A stretch of DNA of 64,000 nt, taken from NCBI GenBank assembly GCA_964057225.1, contig CAXKVF010000093.1:62001-126000 (forward strand), read 5' to 3'. Below the pieces are notes generated by a model, which did not search any database, was not told the origin of the DNA, and saw only the letters and a program-made list of their open reading frames with translations. Shown in pieces: positions 57,001 to 64,000 of this stretch. The stretch's first letter is position 1. The number at the start of each line of letters is the position of its first letter. A program made the position numbers and the translations under genes. The stretch comes from Auanema rhodensis (Eukaryota; Animalia; Nematoda).

Positions 57001-60000
57001 TTTTAGACTAATATGGACATGGGGAATCTAATTTTGAAAACCGCATCTCTTCATCTTTCACGTGAAGCGAGTTACATACCAAGTGAAGCGAGTTACATAC
57101 CAAGTGCACATCACGTGTACATTTAATTAGCATAAATTAAAGTTCACGTAAATTTCAAAGTCATGGTTACCATGAACCAATATCAATAAAAATTTGTTTT
57201 TAGACTAATATGGACATGGGGAATCTAATTTTGAAAACCGCATCTCTTTATCTTTCACGTGAAGCGAGTTACATACCAAGTGCACATCACGTGTACATTT
57301 AATTAGCATAAATTAAAGTTCACGTAACTTTCAAAGTCATGGTTACCATGCACCAATATCAATAAAAATTTGTTTTTAGACTAATATGGACATGGGGAAT
57401 CTAATTTTGAAAACCGCATCTCTTTATCATTCACGTGAAGCGAGTTACATACCAAGTGCACATCACGTGTACATTTAATTAGCATAAATTAAAGTTCACG
57501 TAAATTTCAAAGTCATGGTTACCATGCACCAATATCAATAAAAATTTGTTTTTAGACTAATATGGACATGGGGAATCTAATTTTGAAAACCGCATCTCTT
57601 TATCTTTCACGTGAAGCGAGTTACATACCAAGTGCACATCACGTGTACATTTAATTAGCATAAATTAAAGTTCACGTAAATTTGAAAGTCATGGTTACCA
57701 TGAACCAATATCAATAAAAATTTGTTTTTAGACTAATATGGACATGGGGAATCTAATTTTGAAAACCGCATCTCTTTATCTTTCACGTGAAGCGAGTTAC
57801 ATACCAAGTGCACATCACGTGTACATTTAATTAGCATAAATTAAAGTTCACGTAAATTTCAAAGTCATGGTTACCATGAACCAATATCAATAAAAATTTG
57901 TTTTTAGACTAATATGGACATGGGGAATCTAATTTTGAAAACCGCATCTCTTTATCTTTCACGTGAAGCGAGTTACATACCAAGTGCACATCACGTGTAC
58001 ATTTAATTAGCATAAATTAAAGTTCACGTAAATTTCAAAGTCATGGTTACCATGCACCAATATCAATAAAAATTTGTTTTTAAACTAATATGGACATGGG
58101 GAATCTAATTTTGAAAACCGCATCTCTTTATCTTTCACGTGAAGCGAGTTACATACCAAGTGCACATCACGTGTACATTTAATTAGCATAAATTAAAGTT
58201 CACGTAAATTTCAAAGTCATGGTTACCATGCACCAATATCAATAAAAATTTGTTTTTAGACTAATATGGACATGGGGAATCTAATTTTGAAAACCGCATC
58301 TCTTTATCTTTCACGTGAAGCGAGTTACATACCAAGTGCACATCACGTGTACATTTAATTAGCATAAATTAAAGTTCACGTAAATTTCAAAGTCATGGTT
58401 ACCATGAACCAATATCAATAAAAATTTGTTTTTAGACTAATATGGACATGGGGAATCTAATTTTGAAAACCGCATCTCTTTATCTTTCACGTGAAGCGAG
58501 TTACATACTAAGTGCACATCACGTGTACATTTAATTAGCATAAATTAAAGTTCACGTAAATTTCAAAGTCATGGTTACCATGAACCAATATCAATAAAAA
58601 TTTGTTTTTAGACTAATATGGACATGGGGAATCTAATTTTGAAAACCGCATCTCTTTATCTTTCACGTGAAGCGAGTTACATACCAAGTGCACATCACGT
58701 GTACATTTAATTAGCATAAATTAAAGTTCACGTAAATTTCAAAGTCATGGTTACCATGAACCAATATCAATAAAAATTTGTTTTTAGACTAATATGGACA
58801 TGGGGAATCTAATTTTGAAAACCGCATCTCTTTATCTTTCACGTGAAGCGAGTTACATACCAAGTGCACATCACGTGTACATTTAATTAGCATAAATTAA
58901 AGTTCACGTAAATTTCAAAGTCATGGTTACCATGCACCAATATCAATAAAAATTTGTTTTTAGACTAATATGGACATGGGGAATCTAATTTTGAAAACCG
59001 CATCTCTTTATCTTTCACGTGAAGCGAGTTACATACCAAGTGCACATCACGTGTACATTTAATTAGCATAAATTAAAGTTCACGTAAATTTCAAAGTCAT
59101 GGTTACCATGCACCAATATCAATAAAAATTTGTTTTTAGACTAATATGGACATGGGGAATCTAATTTTGAAAACCGCATCTCTTTATCTTACACGTGAAG
59201 CGAGTTACATACCAAGTGCACATCACGTGTACATTTAATTAGCATAAATTAAAGTTCACGTAAATTTCAAAGTCATGGTTACCATGCACCAATATCAATA
59301 AAAATTTGTTTTTAGACTAATATGGACATGGGGAATCTAATTTTGAAAACCGCATCTCTTTATCTTTCACGTGAAGCGAGTTACATACCAAGTGCACATC
59401 ACGTGTACATTTAATTAGCATAAATTAAAGTTCACGTAAATTTCAAAGTCATGGTTACCATGCACCAATATCAATAAAAATTTGTTTTTAGACTAATATG
59501 GACATGGGGAATCTAATTTTGAAAACCGCATCTCTTCATCTTTCACGTGAAGCGAGTTACATACCAAGTGAAGCGAGTTACATACCAAGTGCACATCACG
59601 TGTACATTTAATTAGCATAAATTAAAGTTCACGTAAATTTCAAAGTCATGGTTACCATGCACCAATATCAATAAAAATTTGTTTTTAGACTAATATGGAC
59701 ATGGGGAATCTAATTTTGAAAACCGCATCTCTTTATCTTTCACGTGAAGCGAGTTACATACCAAGTGCACATCACGTGTACATTTAATTAGCATAAATTA
59801 AAGTTCACGTAAATTTCAAAGTCATGGTTACCATGAACCAATATCAATAAAAATTTGTTTTTAGACTAATATGGACATGGGGAATCTAATTTTGAAAACC
59901 GCATCTCTTTATCTTTCACGTGAAGCGAGTTACATACCAAGTGCACATCACGTGTACATTTAATTAGCATAAATTAAAGTTCACGTAAATTTCAAAGTCA

Positions 60001-63000
60001 TGGTTACCATGCACCAATATCAATAAAAATTTGTTTTTAGACTAATATGGACATGGGGAATCTAATTTTGAAAACCGCATCTCTTTATCTTTCACGTGAA
60101 GCGAGTTACATACCAAGTGCACATCACGTGTACATTTAATTAGCATAAATTAAAGTTCACGTAAATTTCAAAGTCATGGTTACCATGCACCAATATCAAT
60201 AAAAATTTGTTTTTAGACTAATATGGACATGGGGAATCTAATTTTGAAAACCGCATCTCTTCATCTTTCACGTGAAGCGAGTTACATACCAAGTGAAGCG
60301 AGTTACATACCAAGTGCACATCACGTGTACATTTAATTAGCATAAATTAAAGTTCACGTAAATTTCAAAGTCATGGTTACCATGAACCAATATCAATAAA
60401 AATTTGTTTTTAGACTAATATGGACATGGGGAATCTAATTTTGAAAACCGCATCTCTTTATCTTTCACGTGAAGCGAGTTACATACCAAGTGCACATCAC
60501 GTTTACATTTAATTAGCATAAATTAAAGTTCACGTAACTTTCAAAGTCATGGTTACCATGCACCAATATCAATAAAAATTTGTTTTTAGACTAATATGGA
60601 CATGGGGAATCTAATTTTGAAAACCGCATCTCTTTATCATTCACGTGAAGCGAGTTACATACCAAGTGCACATCACGTGTACATTTAATTAGCATAAATT
60701 AAAGTTCACGTAAATTTCAAAGTCATGGTTACCATGCACCAATATCAATAAAAATTTGTTTTTAGACTAATATGGACATGGGGAATCTAATTTTGAAAAC
60801 CGCATCTCTTTATCTTTCACGTGAAGCGAGTTACATACCAAGTGCACATCACGTGTACATTTAATTAGCATAAATTAAAGTTCACGTAAATTTGAAAGTC
60901 ATGGTTACCATGAACCAATATCAATAAAAATTTGTTTTTAGACTAATATGGACATGGGGAATCTAATTTTGAAAACCGCATCTCTTTATCTTTCACGTGA
61001 AGCGAGTTACATACCAAGTGCACATCACGTGTACATTTAATTAGCATAAATTAAAGTTCACGTAAATTTCAAAGTCATGGTTACCATGAACCAATATCAA
61101 TAAAAATTTGTTTTTAGACTAATATGGACATGGGGAATCTAATTTTGAAAACCGCATCTCTTTATCTTTCACGTGAAGCGAGTTACATACCAAGTGCACA
61201 TCACGTGTACATTTAATTAGCATAAATTAAAGTTCACGTAAATTTCAAAGTCATGGTTACCATGCACCAATATCAATAAAAATTTGTTTTTAAACTAATA
61301 TGGACATGGGGAATCTAATTTTGAAAACCGCATCTCTTTATCTTTCACGTGAAGCGAGTTACATACCAAGTGCACATCACGTGTACATTTAATTAGCATA
61401 AATTAAAGTTCACGTAAATTTCAAAGTCATGGTTACCATGCACCAATATCAATAAAAATTTGTTTTTAGACTAATATGGACATGGGGAATCTAATTTTGA
61501 AAACCGCATCTCTTTATCTTTCACGTGAAGCGAGTTACATACCAAGTGCACATCACGTGTACATTTAATTAGCATAAATTAAAGTTCACGTAAATTTCAA
61601 AGTCATGGTTACCATGCACCAATATGAATAAAAATTTGTTTTTAGACTAATATGGACATGGGGAATCTAATTTTGAAAACCGCATCTCCTTATCTTTCAC
61701 GTGAAGCGAGTTACATACCAAGTGCACATCACGTGTACATTTAATTAGCATAAATTAAAGTTCACGTAAATTTCAAAGTCATGGTTACCATGCACCAATA
61801 TCAATAAAAATTTGTTTTTAGACTAATATGGACATGGGGAATCTAATTTTGAAAACCGCATCTTTTTATCTTTCACGTGAAGCGAGTTACATACCAAGTG
61901 CACATCACGTGTACATTTAATTAGCATTAATTAAAGTTCACGTAAATTTCAAAGTCATGGTTACCATGAACCAATATCAATAAAAATTTGTTTTTAGACT
62001 AATATGGACATGGGGAATCTAATTTTGAAAACCGCATCTCTTTATCTTTCACGTGAAGCGAGTTACATACCAAGTGCACATCACGTGTACATTTAATTAG
62101 CATAAATTAAAGTTCACGTAAATTTCAAAGTCATGGTTACCATGAACCAATATCAATAAAAATTTGTTTTTAGACTAATATGGACATGGGGAATCTAATT
62201 TTGAAAACCGCATCTCTTTATCTTTCACGTGAAGCGAGTTACATACCAAGTGCACATCACGTGTACATTTAATTAGCATAAATTAAAGTTCACGTAAATT
62301 TCAAAGTCATGGTTACCATGCACCAATATCAATAAAAATTTGTTTTTAGACTAATATGGACATGGGGAATCTAATTTTGAAAACCGCATCTCTTTATCTT
62401 TCACGTGAAGCGAGTTACATACCAAGTGCACATCACGTGTACATTTAATTAGCATAAATTAAAGTTCACGTAAATTTCAAAGTCATGGTTACCATGCACC
62501 AATATCAATAAAAATTTGTTTTTAAACTAATATGGACATGGGGAATCTAATTTTGAAAACCGCATCTCTTTATCTTTCACGTGAAGCGAGTTACATACCA
62601 AGTGCACATCACGTGTACATTTAATTAGCATAAATTAAAGTTCACGTAAATTTCAAAGTCATGGTTACCATGCACCAATATGAATAAAAATTTGTTTTTA
62701 GACTAATATGGACATGGGGAATCTAATTTTGAAAACCGCATCTCCTTATCTTTCACGTGAAGCGAGTTACATACCAAGTGCACATCACGTGTACATTTAA
62801 TTAGCATAAATTAAAGTTCACGTAAATTTCAAAGTCATGGTTACCATGCACCAATATCAATAAAAATTTGTTTTTAGACTAATATGGACATGGGGAATCT
62901 AATTTTGAAAACCGCATCTCTTTATCTTTCACGTGAAGCGAGTTACATACCAAGTGCACATCACGTGTACATTTAATTAGCATTAATTAAAGTTCACGTA

Positions 63001-64000
63001 AATTTCAAAGTCATGGTTACCTTGAACCAATATCAATAAAAATTTGTTTTTAGACTAATATGGACATGGGGAATCTAATTTTGAAAACCGCATCTCTTTA
63101 TCTTTCACGTGAAGCGAGTTACATACCAAGTGCACATCACGTGTACATTTAATTAGCATAAATTAAAGTTCACGTAAATTTCAAAGTCATGGTTACCATG
63201 AACCAATATCAATAAAAATTTGTTTTTAGACTAATATGGACATGGGGAATCTAATTTTGAAAACCGCATCTCTTTATCTTTCACGTGAAGCGAGTTACAT
63301 ACCAAGTGCACATCACGTGTACATTTAATTAGCATAAATTAAAGTTCACGTAAATTTCAAAGTCATGGTTACCATGCACGAATATCAATAAAAATTTGTT
63401 TTTAGACTAATATGGACATGGGGAATCTAATTTTGAAAACCGCATCTCTTTATCTTTCACGTGAAGCGAGTTACATACCAAGTGCACATCACGTGTACAT
63501 TTAATTAGCATAAATTAAAGTTCACGTAAATTTCAAAGTCATGGTTACCATGCACCAATATCAATAAAAATTTGTTTTTAGACTAATATGGACATGGGGA
63601 ATCTAATTTTGAAAACCGCATCTCTTCATCTTTCACGTGAAGCGAGTTACATACCAAGTGAAGCGAGTTACATACCAAGTGCACATCACGTGTACATTTA
63701 ATTAGCATAAATTAAAGTTCACGTAAATTTCAAAGTCATGGTTACCATGAACCAATATCAATAAAAATTTGTTTTTAGACTAATATGGACATGGGGAATC
63801 TAATTTTGAAAACCGCATCTCTTTATCTTTCACGTGAAGCGAGTTACATACCAAGTGCACATCACGTGTACATTTAATTAGCATAAATTAAAGTTCACGT
63901 AACTTTCAAAGTCATGGTTACCATGCACCAATATCAATAAAAATTTGTTTTTAGACTAATATGGACATGGGGAATCTAATTTTGAAAACCGCATCTCTTT
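45074..64000 (+). repeat. Large block duplicate of about 1-18357, with whole-monomer block indels
   Basis: Markers are in register at offset 45601 (long monomers 1057/46658, 2310/47911, 3387/48988, 4816/50417; A85G), offset 49008 (CTATTATTG at about 6062/55071; long monomers 7301/56309, 8026/57034) and offset 45643 (G63T 14860/60503; long monomers 13876/59519, 14601/60244, 17966/63609). Confidence 0.88.

Larger units (their letters stand above)
1..64000 (+). repeat. Tandem satellite DNA array, 176-bp monomer, 361 complete copies plus a 19-bp partial, single orientation; likely (peri)centromeric satellite
   Basis: TTGAAAACCGCATC recurs at 1, 177, 353, 529, 705, 881 and so on to 63982. Arithmetic closes exactly: 63981 = 361x176 + 29x21 - 2x1 - 2x81. 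No non-satellite sequence was seen. The centromeric assignment is inference from monomer size and homogeneity. Confidence 0.99.

Noticed and set aside
6613-63380. Singleton substitutions (e.g. 6613, 11561-11562, 24600, 25270, 54606, 63022, 63380)
   Set aside because: Each is seen once and cannot be distinguished from consensus or sequencing error without reads. They were not used as markers for the block duplications.
121-63926. C/A pattern at pos 121 as a binary 'code' along the array
   Set aside because: The pattern appears to be explained by the block duplications and HORs described above. There is no evidence of independent information content.
1-64000. Protein-coding ORFs
   Set aside because: Every full monomer has stop codons in all three forward frames (e.g. 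TGA at 2, TGA at 30, TAA at 70) and all three reverse frames (e.g. TTA at 18, TCA at 25, TTA at 83). No ORF can exceed about one monomer.
1-64000. CRISPR array or other repeat-spacer system
   Set aside because: There are no unique spacers: sequence between the palindromic motifs is as invariant as the motifs themselves. No cas or other gene is present.

Overview
The whole 64-kb window is one uninterrupted head-to-tail satellite DNA array in a single orientation. I found no genes, RNA genes, transposon insertions or CRISPR spacers. The monomer is 176 bp and about 32% GC (57/176); its consensus is bases 1-176, TTGAAAACCG...GGGGAATCTAATT. Stepping through monomer starts gives 361 complete monomers plus a 19-bp partial: 328 of 176 bp, 29 of 197 bp (internal 21-bp tandem duplication), 2 of 175 bp (1-bp deletion) and 2 of 95 bp (deletion with a templated insertion). 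Most monomers differ from the consensus by 0-2 bases. Monomer length, AT-richness, homogeneity and layered higher-order repeats point to a eukaryotic (peri)centromeric satellite, but I do not recognise the family or the organism. The interest is structural. (1) The monomer is a chain of dyads, including an 84-bp in-register fold-back half, a CENP-B-box-like 17-mer and three phased TCACGT motifs. (2) Many recurrent variants perfect local palindromes. (3) The only widely spread length variant adds two helical turns (176 to 197 bp). (4) Diagnostic variants reveal 6-8-mer and 19-mer higher-order repeats, multi-kb block duplications at about 20.6 kb and 45.6 kb (258-monomer) offsets, and a distinct variant layer at 29.3-37.4 kb. 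Below, 'pos' means position within the 176-bp consensus. All counts were made by eye.
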